From positions 10,602,001 to 10,666,000 of the forward strand of contig CM060731.1 in NCBI GenBank assembly GCA_030704615.1: a DNA stretch of 64,000 nucleotides, read 5' to 3'. A model generated the notes under the pieces. That model was not told the DNA's origin. It made no database searches and saw only the letters and a program-made list of their open reading frames with translations. Both the position numbers and the translations under genes were made by a program. How positions within the stretch are numbered: position 1 is the stretch's first letter; each line of letters opens with the position of its first letter. Origin of the DNA: Takakia lepidozioides (lineage: Eukaryota; Plantae; Bryophyta). Positions 46,459 through 58,431 of the stretch are shown piece after piece.

Positions 46459-49400
46459 TCATGGCATGCGAGAAGAAGTAACGGCGGGCCCCTTGCTCTT
46501 CTTGTGTCTGTGGCTGGTCTCAAGAGGCTCCACTGACGGTGGGAACTTCAAACCATCCAAAAAGCTAAGTCTGAAGTCTATTTGGCGAAAGGTAGTGAAT
46601 ACCTCGAGACAATCTACCTCTTTACCGACCATACTCTTGCCAATGTGACTTTTGCTTCGGACCTCAAATCCATCCTTCTCTTTTGTAAACTGGCCAGCAT
46701 TGGGCATTTCTGCTTCCGGAATAATCCAATTCATGGACCATGAGATGTCTTCCTCCACATTCAGCCCGGGTGGCACCCACTTAGTGCAAGCTTTTTTCAT
46801 GAAGACCTTGCGGTTGTGCCGATGCTTGGGAAGCTTTCCTATTGTCACTTGCACGCCTCCTATGTACATATGACAGCCCTTCGACTCCCGTCTAAATCCC
46901 ATCAGAACTGCATCTACAGACTTATATGTAGTGGACAGTGGCACAGCCATGAACAGCGCCTCCTCCTTACCGCCTTTCACAAATTCCATGTGCAGATCTT
47001 CCATTGTTGATTGTTCACTGCCGTTTTCTAACTCAATCACTGTTGGGCTCAATCGAGTCATGTTTCCAAGTGGTAATAACAGTGGCCGGTCTGCAATAAC
47101 ACCTATGACTGCCCTTTCCACCAACGCTCCCCCTATCACCGGATTCCTCCTGCCTTGTAGTCCATACTCTCTCTTTATAGCATTCAAGCAAGCTGCGTCG
47201 AAGAATCTAGTGGCTTGCTTATATTTCTGGATAAGACGGGCCAACTCACTTCCCACCAAGCCACAAGACGTCTCACCAACACCGTTGACGATTCGAAAAT
47301 AGCTGATATCTATGTCCTTTGGTGGTTTGGTCATGGGCGCTCCAAACAGATACTTAGCAACCCCATCTATCAACCTAGTCAAGTCCCCCTTCTCCTTTGC
47401 AGCTTCAAAAGTGCAGCACAGGTCCTCTCTCATTTTCTCAACTGCAGGTTGGGCTTGTAAGACTTTCAAGGCAGATTCAAAAGAAACTTTTTCCCCCTTC
47501 GAAGTTTGCTGAATTGTTTCTTTGAGTGCGTCGTACCATGCTGACAAATATGCTGGCAGCCTCCCAGTCGCGTCTAGCAAGATCTGTAACTCCATTTCAT
47601 CTAGTAATTCCTTGGTTTTATCACCATCTGTAATAGAGCTGATAAATTTCCACCTCCCCCAACACTCCAATTCTTCATCCTGCAATACAAGCGCATGGAA
47701 TAAAAAGGAGACCATGACTCACAATGGCTAAATCATCCCACATTTCTTCAACCAGCAAGATTCAAACAAGAAAGTGGGCCCAGTTCATCAACAAAGAAGG
47801 AAAAGTAAGTGGCACGTGAACTACCTCAAGGCCTTCATCCCATAGGAAGAGTTTAGCAGGGGGCTGGCCTGCATGGAATGTCTTCTCCACAAGATCGCAA
47901 CTAGCTGATGCCACTCTCACCATACAATGGTTACAACACATCCGAAAAAGAATTGACTTCAATGTGACACTCTCAACTGCCTCACCTTCTACGCATTGCC
48001 ATTGGTCTAGTATCCAAAGAAGCTGAGCCTCTGTAGCTTCACAGAACGTGACTAAGTGTTCTGTAGTTGTGCAGTTTCCTATTCTTTTCAAACTTTGGTC
48101 GTCATCCCCAAAAGCAACAAACAGAGCATCTCTAAGTACCAGGAACGCACGGTCCTGCTGCAAAAGGCCACAGTCCATGATGGATACAACTCGCTTCCTT
48201 GTCTCTCCTGGTGTCCATTTTCGGTGGAATTCCTCTGTAAAATCTGACACAGCTGCTGCCAAAACATGACTCTTACCTGTTCCTACCGGACCTACTACAA
48301 GGATGTTGCCAATTATTTCACTGTAGTGACCAGGGGATCTAACAGATTCATAAGTTGTGCTATAGGATCGCTCCCTTTCTCCGACAAGCTGAGAGATCAG
48401 TTGTCTCAGCTTGTGGTACTGCAGCCTCCCCATATATGCAAATCGCCCATCGTTTGTGGCGAAACGGTTGTCGGTGGAGGCCCACTTTGCTACGTCTGCA
48501 ACTGGAAGATTTAGTTCCATCCATTCTGGACGAGATAGCGGATCTGCTGTTTTCATATGGTCCCTGAGACTTGCCATAGAAGCTACCATGCTCTGAGGAA
48601 GGAGTTTTGCCTTCTTGATCACTACGCATGCGATCCAACACCAAAACAACAAATTTGATCAGTATACTGAATAGCAAGGAGCTTCAATAGGCGGAAAGTC
48701 AGATACAGTGGCAGCTCAAAAGAATGTAAACCACATCATATTCTGGGATCGGATTAATAGTTGTTAGCTGTAGGGATTCAGCTAACAACTTGCACCATCT
48801 GGACACAAAAAATAAGAGGCATGCCACCAAAGATGATAGCTCAAAAACGAGTCTTTGTTGGGAGTGAGCGTTCCTCTACATAGATACTCACTTTTTTTGG
48901 TTTTTTTGTTTTTTACAACTGCACTATCGTCCTTTCCCCGTGTCTTAGTTGGGGCTTTGGTGCAGGAAGGAGGCCCACGGGGAAGTGGAGGAAGGAGGAG
49001 GAACGCATGAAAGATGAAGAGGAGAAGAAGGACCTGCATCACAGTTAGCCTCCTCTAAGTTACGCTTTCTCCCTTGTTTATCTTCTACTTCAAGCTTATC
49101 TTCGGAAGGCTCGTCGTTGAACTTAGGAAGAAGTAGTCTAAGTTTGAAGATATCGCCGGATTTGGGACTGCGGTGCTCATGCCTCATAAACTCCTCCTGT
49201 AGTGTGTAGCATGGTTCAAGTTTTTGTTGCTCTCGCATGTGTAACACGTCGATATGAGTATGGAGGGCTTCAACATAGACCTGTGTTCCTGAGAAGAGAT
49301 ACTCTTCCCTTTCCAACCCTAGACTTTGGAGAACTTTTTTCTCTCCCAAGCCGAGCAGTGTAAGAATATGATCGCGGGCTTCTAAAATTGTGCTATCTCC

Positions 49401-49475
49401 CTGAAGCTGGAGGATGCGCATTACAGTCTGCTTTATGCTCGGGATATAGCAGGATACATAGATCTTCATATCCAT
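46459..49475 (-). CDS. Crinkler/RHS-type (CR) effector-like protein: Ubl-like header, P-loop NTPase, PD-(D/E)XK-like nuclease; exons 49475-49034, 48621-47825, 47679-46459 (~819 aa)
   Basis: FAYMGR, Walker A GPVGTGKSHVLAA, RVVSIMDC, Walker B LLWILDQW, GLE|DEELECW, TGRLPAYL. Nuclease-like GALVE...PLSTTYKSVDAV...GVQVTIGKLPKH. Phase-consistent GT-AG introns give an uninterrupted 2460-nt CDS. Confidence 0.78.
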
Positions 49476-51264
49476 TGGAGAATGCCTGAGGTGAGTAACT
49501 TCAAGAGAGGGAGGTTGACATTAAGATGCAGGTCCAAGAGGATATACGACAAGATTGTGAACTTTGTTCAGTTCCCAAGCAAAGGAATAATCCCTCAGGT
49601 TGGCAGGCAGGAGAATCTAGGATTTCTCCCAAGGCTCAAAAACTTGCAATACAATATAAGCAACCTTGGCCTCTGCTATGCAAGGCTAAAAGTTCTCGGT
49701 GACATTGTAATTTTGCTATACCACACGCCTTTATGCTCTTCTCGATGTTCAACTGCAAATTTCCAGACTATCACGCACTCTCTCTGCCCGTCCCTCCCTG
49801 GCAAGCTGCAAGCTCTCTCGCTCCCTTGTTGTTGCTGCAGGAAGGGAGAGGAGGTGCTTCCAAACATCGCCACCCCTCAAACCCTGAGATTGCCACCTGT
49901 CCTAAAAGGGTGGCATAAAGTTCTCCAGCTCACATGTCTGCCACCTTATTGGTTGCATAAAAGAGTGTGAGAAGGTGACAAGTCCTCCAATAATCCCACG
50001 CAATATTCCTAGTTTTTCAACGCATTTTGTCTACAGCGGTCGAGTAGACTGTAGACCTGTAGGGTAGAACGCCCTATCACCGCTCGCAACCCCATGACTG
50101 CTCGGCATTACTGCGTACTCCTACCTCTCAATACCAATGGTGACAAAGCCTATGACTGCACATATGACAGCAGACTGAAATTTGAATGGGGATGGATGTA
50201 GAAGTGCACACATGTAAAGTCATTGTTACACTATTATATGTAATGCAGGAGGATGAACTTTCAAATGGATGAAAATATTTATTAGAGTGTTATTTTTGAG
50301 ATACAGACGTCGATGTCAAACTATTATTTTGAATTTGTGACCTATTTTGGCGCCCCTACACCATCCTTTTGCAAAGCTCTCAACATTTCATTCTTTTTGT
50401 TTGTGCTTTGGTACTCTCATTCTTTTTTGTGGTGCTTCAAGTACATTACTTTCCTGCAATGCTTTGACACTCTCATTCTCTTTCTATCCTACTTTAAGCT
50501 CTATTTGTGCATCTCTATATACTTCAGGTTCAACTTAGTACAGTGTCTTTTCTCAGTAACACTATTTTATTTAGTTCAGGGTACAAATTATCATGTTTAG
50601 CTATAGTCATGTGCTATAAATGACAAGTTGCAGTTCATTTTCTGCAATCCTGCAAGTACAAGGAGACAACCCAGTAGATGCATTAGGCAAGAGAAACTTT
50701 GCACAATATGACTACTACAAGTGGGCACACACTCTGAAAAAAATCCATCTTGGAAGAAGAACTGAATCAATCAGTGAGAAGGTGGGTGCCCAAAGGGATT
50801 ATAAAGGATGGTGATGAAGATGATCTTGATTGGAATAAGTTCAAGTTGTTCCACGAGTTTATAGAAGAAGAGCCACTATACAAAACCTATGAGCTGAGCA
50901 AATTTACCACAAAGATTTGTATGAGTTTGTAGAGAGTTGGTACGTCATACATCTCCCACCTCTGTTGGATCACCTTATATAGGAGAGAAGCCTAGAGGGA
51001 CTAATTTGGCACAATGGTACAAAGATCAGGACTGGAATAGTAAATCAAACTGATTGACATTCCATATTCTAGGAAATAGAATCAGTAGTTTACTTACGTG
51101 GTTGAATAGGCTGCAAATAGGTTGAGATCTGAACAACATGGTTGGAAGAAGATCCACCCTTTGCTCTCCAGCAGTTCCTAGGTCAACAAGGCAACGCAGC
51201 AAAGGACATCGTAGGTCTGAACCAACAACACTTGTTCAACCACAAAAGATTACAAGAGGCAAAG

Positions 51265-51386
51265 ATGCCAAGAAAAGAGGATTATGGACAGATGATGCAT
51301 TGGAAGAGGCAATGGATGCAATTGAGAGTGCAAACATGAGCATATGTCGCAAAGCTGCACAACATTGGAAAATTCCTTATCTTTTT
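51265..51386 (+). mobile_element. Fragment of a pogo/Tigger-like transposase N-terminal HTH (psq-type)
   Basis: KRGLWTDDALEEAMDAIESANMSICRKAAQHWKIP; truncated at the hAT fragment. Confidence 0.6.
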
Positions 51387-52010
51387 CTACTGCATGCAAG
51401 TATCGAGAAAAAATTGCAACTGTATTGTCATCGCTGCACCTGAGGTATCAGATACCTCAAATAATCCCACTGTCACATGTATTGGAATCCACTTGTCATT
51501 GAGGAAGTTGATGACTAGAGCAAATGTGTCTATCTCACCCCTACTCATATTCCACAAGTCGAAGCTAGCAGAGCCGATCACACAGGTATTCAAAGAAGGC
51601 AACACATAATTCTCCATTGTCTTGGTAACCATCGATGGCATAATTTCGTCGACCAGAGCCTTGCGGGAAGGAAAGACAACTGGGGGGCATTGCCTCAAAA
51701 CCAACTTTCTGAGCCACATGTTTTCCACTAAAGACAAGGGTCTGTAACCCTTAGCAATGTAAAGCACGAGGTCCTCAAGAAACTTCACTTGCTGCTCGTC
51801 TGTTTTTTTGTAGAGAGTGGTAGAACCGAAAAATGAAATGATGGTACAACCTCTAGGCAATGACCGTTTCTTTCTTGTTTGGCGACTGTGCTCGGCCATT
51901 GCGATTGTTCTGCTGACTTGTGCTTTCATCATGGCAAAAAAATGAGGATGAGCCATGTGCACATGTTTGCCCATTACTGTGATTCCGTTGTCTTTGTTGT
52001 ATTTCGCCAA
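51387..52010 (-). mobile_element. hAT-superfamily transposase fragment
   Basis: End of BED finger (MGKHVHMAHP), YRPLSLVEN, FPSRKAL, first catalytic Asp in SASFDLW, HVTVGLFEV..TSGAAM; truncated. Confidence 0.8.
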
Positions 52011-52559
52011 GTTTTTTCTAGCAACGCTGCATTGGCCAAGAATGTTGGTAGTTGTATATAGAGAGTGGCAAATAATGCATCACAGTATTTAACACTATTT
52101 TAACTAATTCTGGACTTTTGGCTTAAATCCGGACCAAACTTACTATGTATTTGAATTAAAATTAATTCAAATGTTAATAATATCTTGGATAGTAATGTGT
52201 GATTGAACTTTGTGAGATTACAAGTGATGTCATACTTGCTTCAAAATGTAACATATAAGATGTCCATTTGACATTGAAGTGCTTGTGAAGTTGCAGTGTA
52301 ACTGAACAATTCATTGAACGTCGACTGGGAAGTCGAATGATGTAATATTACATTATGTTACAATCACGATAAACAAATGTGTCGAATCGAACATGGGATA
52401 GACTCATAGTACTCTACCATACTTGATATAAGTTGATAATAATTTTGATTGAATCTTCATGTTGACAAGCACAATATTCATAGACAATGCCATTGGAATG
52501 ATGTTTTGGGTGTGAGAAGGGCAATAAAATATTAAAATAGCTTGAAACATTAGGAAGAT

Positions 52560-53550
52560 GACTTACTAGGGTAGTAAAATAAGGTTTGGGGTGTAACTAG
52601 ATATATTAAGTGCAATAAGGTCCAAGTTTCTGGTGACTCGGAGAAGGGTTTAGGGTTTTAAAGGGTTTAGGATAGAAAGAGAGAAACAAATATGGACGAC
52701 TCTAAACCTCTGTAGAATGTAAAAATGTAAGGGGAATTTGATATCCATGTAATCATTCTATCATACGTTATGCAACTTGAAAATTAAAGAAAACATTAAG
52801 AGAATGATACAAATTTTACAAGAGGTAACATGGTAGTACAATAAGGTTTGGAGTTTATTATAAGTAGGGTACTACACTAAGATTTTTGGTATATGGTAAA
52901 AGTAATGGTTTAGGTGCTAAGGGTCACGCTTAAGCTTGGGATAAGGATTATTAAGGGAAGGGTAAGGGTTTAGGGTTTGGATTTAGGTAGAAAGGTACAA
53001 ACAAATATGGAAGACTCACACATGGTAGTACAATAACTTGGTTTGGAGTGTAAGTAGGGTAGTACACTAACCTGGTTTTTGGTATATGGTAAGAATACTA
53101 ATGGTTTAGGGTAGTAAGTGTCAGGCTTTAAGCTTAGGGTAAGGATGAAGGCCAGGGTAAAGGAATGGGTAAGGATTTAGGGTTTGGATTTAGGGTAGTT
53201 CAAAGGGACAAACAAATATAGAAGACTCACACATGGTATTACAATAACTTGGTTTGGAGTGTAAGTAGGGTAGTACACTAACGTGGTTTTTGGTATATGG
53301 TAAGAGTAATGGTTTAAGGTAGTAAGTGTCAGGCTTAATCTTAGGGTAAGGATTAAGGCCAGGGTAAGGGTTTAGGGTTTGGATTTATGGGAGTACACAA
53401 AGGTTTTTGGTATATGGTAAGAGTAATGGTTTATGCTACTAAGCGTCCGGCTTAAGCCTATGGAGGGTTAAGGGAAGGGTAAAACGAAGGGTAAAGATTT
53501 AGAGGTGATGGTAAAGGTATAAATGGACAAACAAATATGGAAGACTCGCA
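52560..53550. repeat. Degenerate tandem array (~210-320 bp units) rich in TTTAGGG/TAAGGG-like motifs
   Basis: acaaatat.ga.gactc recurs at ~52686, 53001, 53212 and 53531; ggtttttggtatatggtaa and gggtttagggtttggatttag are repeated. Confidence 0.85.
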
Positions 53551-53895
53551 CTCACTAGAACGAGACATTGCAAAAAAACATTTAGACCGGATTGGAAAAG
53601 AAAGAATCCATGGGTTATGCCAGCATTTTTTTTTTTGGGTGCATTGTCTGTTTCATCTATTTTCTTTCTGCCGTGTTCGACTCTGCACTGCTGTACATTC
53701 TGTTCATTTACATATATTCGTGACATGGGGCATTCTGGAGGTTCAGTGCGACAGAAAAAGAAGACAGGAAGGATTACCCAACGCAAACACGAAGGGAAAG
53801 AAGCGTAAAGAAGTTTTTATATCTTAAAATGAAAGACCGGAAATAACCTCAACATTTAGTCCATTGATGGAAAGTGGTTCGCAAGAAGGAAACCT

Positions 53896-54273
53896 TCAGG
53901 TATCTGGCTGAAGGTTAGCAACCTCCAAATTCGCGCGCGCCTTCACTGCTTCCACCGCTGTAATTCTCTTGGTGCTATTTCTTGTCGTATTTTTTCGTGG
54001 CGGCATTGTCTACACGACATTGTTCACGTGGATCCATTGAGCAGGATCTGACGGGTTGTACTCCCAAACTTTTGATCAACAGTCCCTGTACCTCTCAAAG
54101 TCTAAGGGGTTACCTCATTTCTTCGGTCTCTACCACTCCACCTTCACTTTCTTAAAATTAGGATCTTCTCTTTCTCGGATGACATCTGAAATTGCCATTC
54201 CCATCTAGACCAGGCACGTTGTTGGGTCATGAGGGCGAATGAGCACAAAAAACCCTTGCTCAATATCCGTGTC
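53896..54273 (-). pseudogene. Decayed coding segment (probably transposon-derived) with five in-frame stops
   Basis: Reads DTDIEQGFFVLIRPHDPTTCLV*MGMAISDV..KVKVEW*RPKK*..YRDC*SKVWEYNPSDPAQWIHVNNVV*..KARANLE with no frameshift. Confidence 0.6.
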
Positions 54274-56726
54274 CAGAGAGGTGCAGGATGTCCAGAGAGG
54301 TGCATGAGAGAAAAGAAGCAAGTGAGAGGTTCAAAGTGAGAAGTTGGTGTTGTGTGGAGTCGGACGTTATATAGAGGTGACATGTAACTTTCATCTTTGA
54401 ATCACTCCAATGGCAGTGTGGTATGCTTTCTCTCCCAAATCGATTGTGGTCACCGTGGATTAAGGCGGAATGGAACGGCTTATTTCATTCGCGAAATCAC
54501 GGCTTCATTGAAAGTGTGCACAATTTTTCATTTATTGACAGCAGCCATTGTCACATTAATTATGGAACAAACGATAACGGCCGCGATCAGACTGAATTCT
54601 ATCGTACTTGTACGTTAGTAGGACTACAAGTCTGGCATCATAATCGTGCGGCTCTGACAGCAGACTCTGGAATAAGCGTGAAGGATGTCGATTCTGACAA
54701 GTGGTCTGCAGAAATGAAGTCAAGCGGCTAATCGCCACCACTTATTCTGGACTGCACATTAACAATCGATCATTATAATTAGCTGGGAGGAATCCGGAGG
54801 TGAATCATAAAGCACTTTGAGATTGTTCTGTTTATATTTATCATGCTGTTACAGTGAATAAAACACTTAGGCAGGGCGAGGCATTTCATGTCGGCGCATT
54901 GCATTGGACAGCGAGGGCGGTGCATTACAGGTGTGCGGAATGTTCTGCTGTGCATTGCTTGCTTGCACATGTTTAATGTAGGGATGGACCCCTCGTGTCG
55001 GGTATCCCTCGATAAATGGGCAGTCCCTATGGTGGCTTTGGATCTTAAATCGAGGAATGCCTGACACGAGGGGCCATCTACTATCCTTAAAGCCGTATGT
55101 CACATGGCACTTGCGGGTGTTGTCAGGGAATATTGATGCCAAGCGGCTAACAGCCGAAAGTAATTGTGGACATCACATAATGAGATAATGATTATACAGT
55201 GTGACGAATCCGTAGGTACGGCGCTGTGTCCTCTGGCAGATTGAGTTCGAAACGACTGCCTAGGCGTGTCACGTGGGTGGTCACATGTGCGTTTGGGGCG
55301 TGGGTTAAGGTTTGTTGGCATCAAATCTATTTTAAGATTTTTGTAAGCGTGAGGGTTGCAGAGTCTGACCAATGGCGTCATTACAATCATTTCGTCCTTT
55401 TTTCATTCGTCTATCTAGTCGTCTGTCCAAACGTGTGTGCATTCGTGGAATAAAAGCTGAACTAATTTCATCTGTGTGGATAGACAGTATTAATGTTAGT
55501 TTGCGTGGATGGGGTAGAACATCCATTTGGGCCGCGCGACCATTCGATTTCGGACAGAGGCGATGGTTCAGATCATCCTTGAAGGTCGCTTATAAGGGGT
55601 GCGCTCTTTGAGCCCGGCCTTTGGGATTCCCATTTTTTATGCGTAAGCGTTGCGCGAATGAGAGCTTAACAGTTGAGAGAGGAAAGCGTGAAAGAGAAGA
55701 GTTTTGGAGTTCGTTTTGCAGCGATTGGACACTGGAGCGTGGAGAGAAAGAGAGCAGACTTGACCGAGTGCAGAGAGAGGAGAGGGTGAAAGGTGAGAGA
55801 GTGAAATAGGCGAAATTTGAAGAGCGGGGAGGAGAGACCGGACAGTGGCGAGTGGAGATTGACGAGTGTAGAGGCGAGAGCACAGTGCAATTACCGACAG
55901 GCGGAGGTGCGGAAGAGAGTATCAAACGAAGGATTGTGGTTGCAGGGGCACCAAAATGGACGGCACAAGCAGGTACAACATTGAAAACTCCCTCTTTTCG
56001 TTTTCTGTTTCATGTTTTGTGTTGGCCTGTTCTCAGTTTTGTGTTGGCCCGCTCTCGATTCATGTGGCCTATTCTAGATTCAATTCGTTTGGATCCTGCT
56101 TCATTCTATGCTGCACTCACTGTCTTTAGTGCTTCAGTCCGTGCTTCAGTGCACATTAGGTTTCTGTTTCATTGTTTGCTTCAATCCTGTTTCACTCTCT
56201 ATCAATTCATTTCACTCCTGCTCCATTCTGTGCTTCAGTGCATTCCTGCGTCATTGCTTCACTGTTGTTTTTCAATTCACCGATGGTTTGTAGGGTGGTT
56301 TTGTGTGGTGGTTTTGTGTGCAATTGGGTTTGTGTGTGCTTGTTCTGGTCGATTAGGGTAATGGTTTAGGGTGGCGGGAGATTACCGTGCTGGTTGTATT
56401 GCTTGTTTTGTTCATTGTGGTGGTTTTTTGAGGATAGTGGTTTCGGAAATGCCCGGATGTTTATTTCTCAACCGTTTTCTTGATCCCCAAATCCAGCGTT
56501 ACTTTGTTCTGTCAATCAATAGTTGATACATTTCTTCCCATTCAAATTCGATTCTGAATGGAAATTTTCATTTCTTATCCAATTTTGTCGAATTCAGCAA
56601 TTCTGAAAAACCATGATAGTCTAGGGTACTTGTATCTATAGTAGACATAGGCTAACAGTAGGCTTCGTGCAGGCCAGAGTAGACTATTCGTAGACCCATG
56701 TCATGCACATGAGGAACCAGAAACTG

Positions 56727-57904
56727 GAACCTCCACTGCCCAGTGGAGGTTCGCGTGAATTCTGTATGGGGAAGCTTAATGGCATTTTTTCAAAGAAAGG
56801 ACGAAATCGGATAATTCCGGGAAAATTGAAAATCAGTTTGAGACGATGTGGGAACGAGTGATGGAATCATATGTGTAACATTGTAAGTGTGACACATACT
56901 TTCCAACGAGACTGGGATACGATAATTGGGAACTTCCACTACCCAGTGGAGGTTCGATATTTCTTTGGGTCAACCAGTTATACACTCTGATTAGTTTTTA
57001 TGTCAGAATGAGAAAGAGAAACGAGGTTGGGGAACCGGTGTCTGACGATGAGTACAAGACCGCCAGATTAAATTGGAGCAAGAGACGGTGTTCGGTAGAC
57101 ATGATGGAAGCGGACCATCCAGATCAAAAACATGGTGTTTCGGAACCAGATGAAAAATCCAGTTGGGGGTCTACCGAGCCGAACAAAGTGCCTGTCAATG
57201 ACGAAAATATGACTGTAGAATCCCCGCGGAACGCATCCGAATCTCCGAACAATACACCTGAAGACATCTGTAAGGATTCCCTGGAGGAAATAAGAGAAAG
57301 CGTTCATGTAAACAATGATGTCAACGGATCTCCTGCCTACTCCCAAGATTATCCGAAATACACCCCTTCAGACTATTCCCCGGACACATTGGTGACGATA
57401 CGAGTGACCGTTTTTGGATATCCAGCATCTCCGGGTTACTCGCCAGCATCTCCTGAATCCACAACATGATCTGAAGGATATTACCCTCCAAACTTCCTCC
57501 TGGACACTGTAACGAGGGGGGGAGTCCTGGAACTACTGGACGTCTCCGGATCTCTAAGATACTCCCTTGCGTCTCCTGATAGTATCACCGGATCCCCAAA
57601 ATATACCCCTCCAGACTATTCGCCTGATACACTCAGAAATATAAGAAGGAGCATTCTGTAGTTCTTGGGTATGTAATCTAGAATCGTCTGAATATAGTGC
57701 GAGAAGTTCCTTAGTATATTTTGGACGAATTAGGTTCGAAGATTTCTATTGGAGATTTGTCTTGTTTCAGGATGATGTACTCAATGGCTCCTGAGCCCCA
57801 TTTTCATTAAAGTTTTTTTCTACAACATCTGTAAAATATGGAGGATTTCCCATTTCATTTAGAAAGCCTCGTACATACGAACCTCCACTGTCCAGTGGAG
57901 GTTC
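56727..57904. repeat. Three dispersed copies of a 26-bp palindrome GAACCTCCACTG-YC-CAGTGGAGGTTC
   Basis: 56727-56752, 56930-56955 (2 mismatches), 57879-57904. Confidence 0.9.
57008..57661 (+). pseudogene. Acidic Ser/Pro/Tyr-rich ORF with ~40-aa internal repeats, interrupted by one TGA (57467-57469)
   Basis: The frame stays open past the TGA to TAG at ~57661; PKYTP[S/P]DYSPDTL occurs on both sides of the stop. Confidence 0.45.
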
Positions 57905-58431
57905 TCATTTTTGGAATGATGGATGCTAGTAAGAGAGATCCTGTTATTTGATTATCTAATGAATTTGTGTTTGGTTGTAACAGAAGACATCCTACACCAC
58001 CAGATTGCGTCCCGGGATTGATTGAAGATATTTGTGGCGCATTCGTATGCCGGAAGTCCTCACATTTCAAAACTGAGCATACCACAATTTTTGAGCTTAA
58101 CCCAGAGATGACAAATTGGGGCATCGTGCCTGTCGGTACACCTCCTGATCACAAACTGTCTTTTCATTACAGAAGTCTTGGAGTAATAACAAACTTAAAA
58201 TATGCAGAAGCTCTCGATATAGAGCTTGAATCTGAAGAGGAAAACCCGATGTTGGTTTTGTTCCTGCATGAGGATGCAAGAACCCCCAGGACGTTTGGTT
58301 TCAAAGTCCCAACCCCCCAACCGGCGACCGCCACAACAGTAGCCGCAGAGGTTAAAAAAAAAAAAAAAAAAAAAAAAACGATGGGGACCGAGAGCCAGAC
58401 GGTCCCGAGGCCCCACTGGCGACCGCGTAGA

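Noticed and set aside
9649-49475. RAD1 and the CR gene as a functional symbiosis cluster
   Set aside because: 35 kb apart with unrelated genes and TEs between; no evidence of co-regulation in the sequence.
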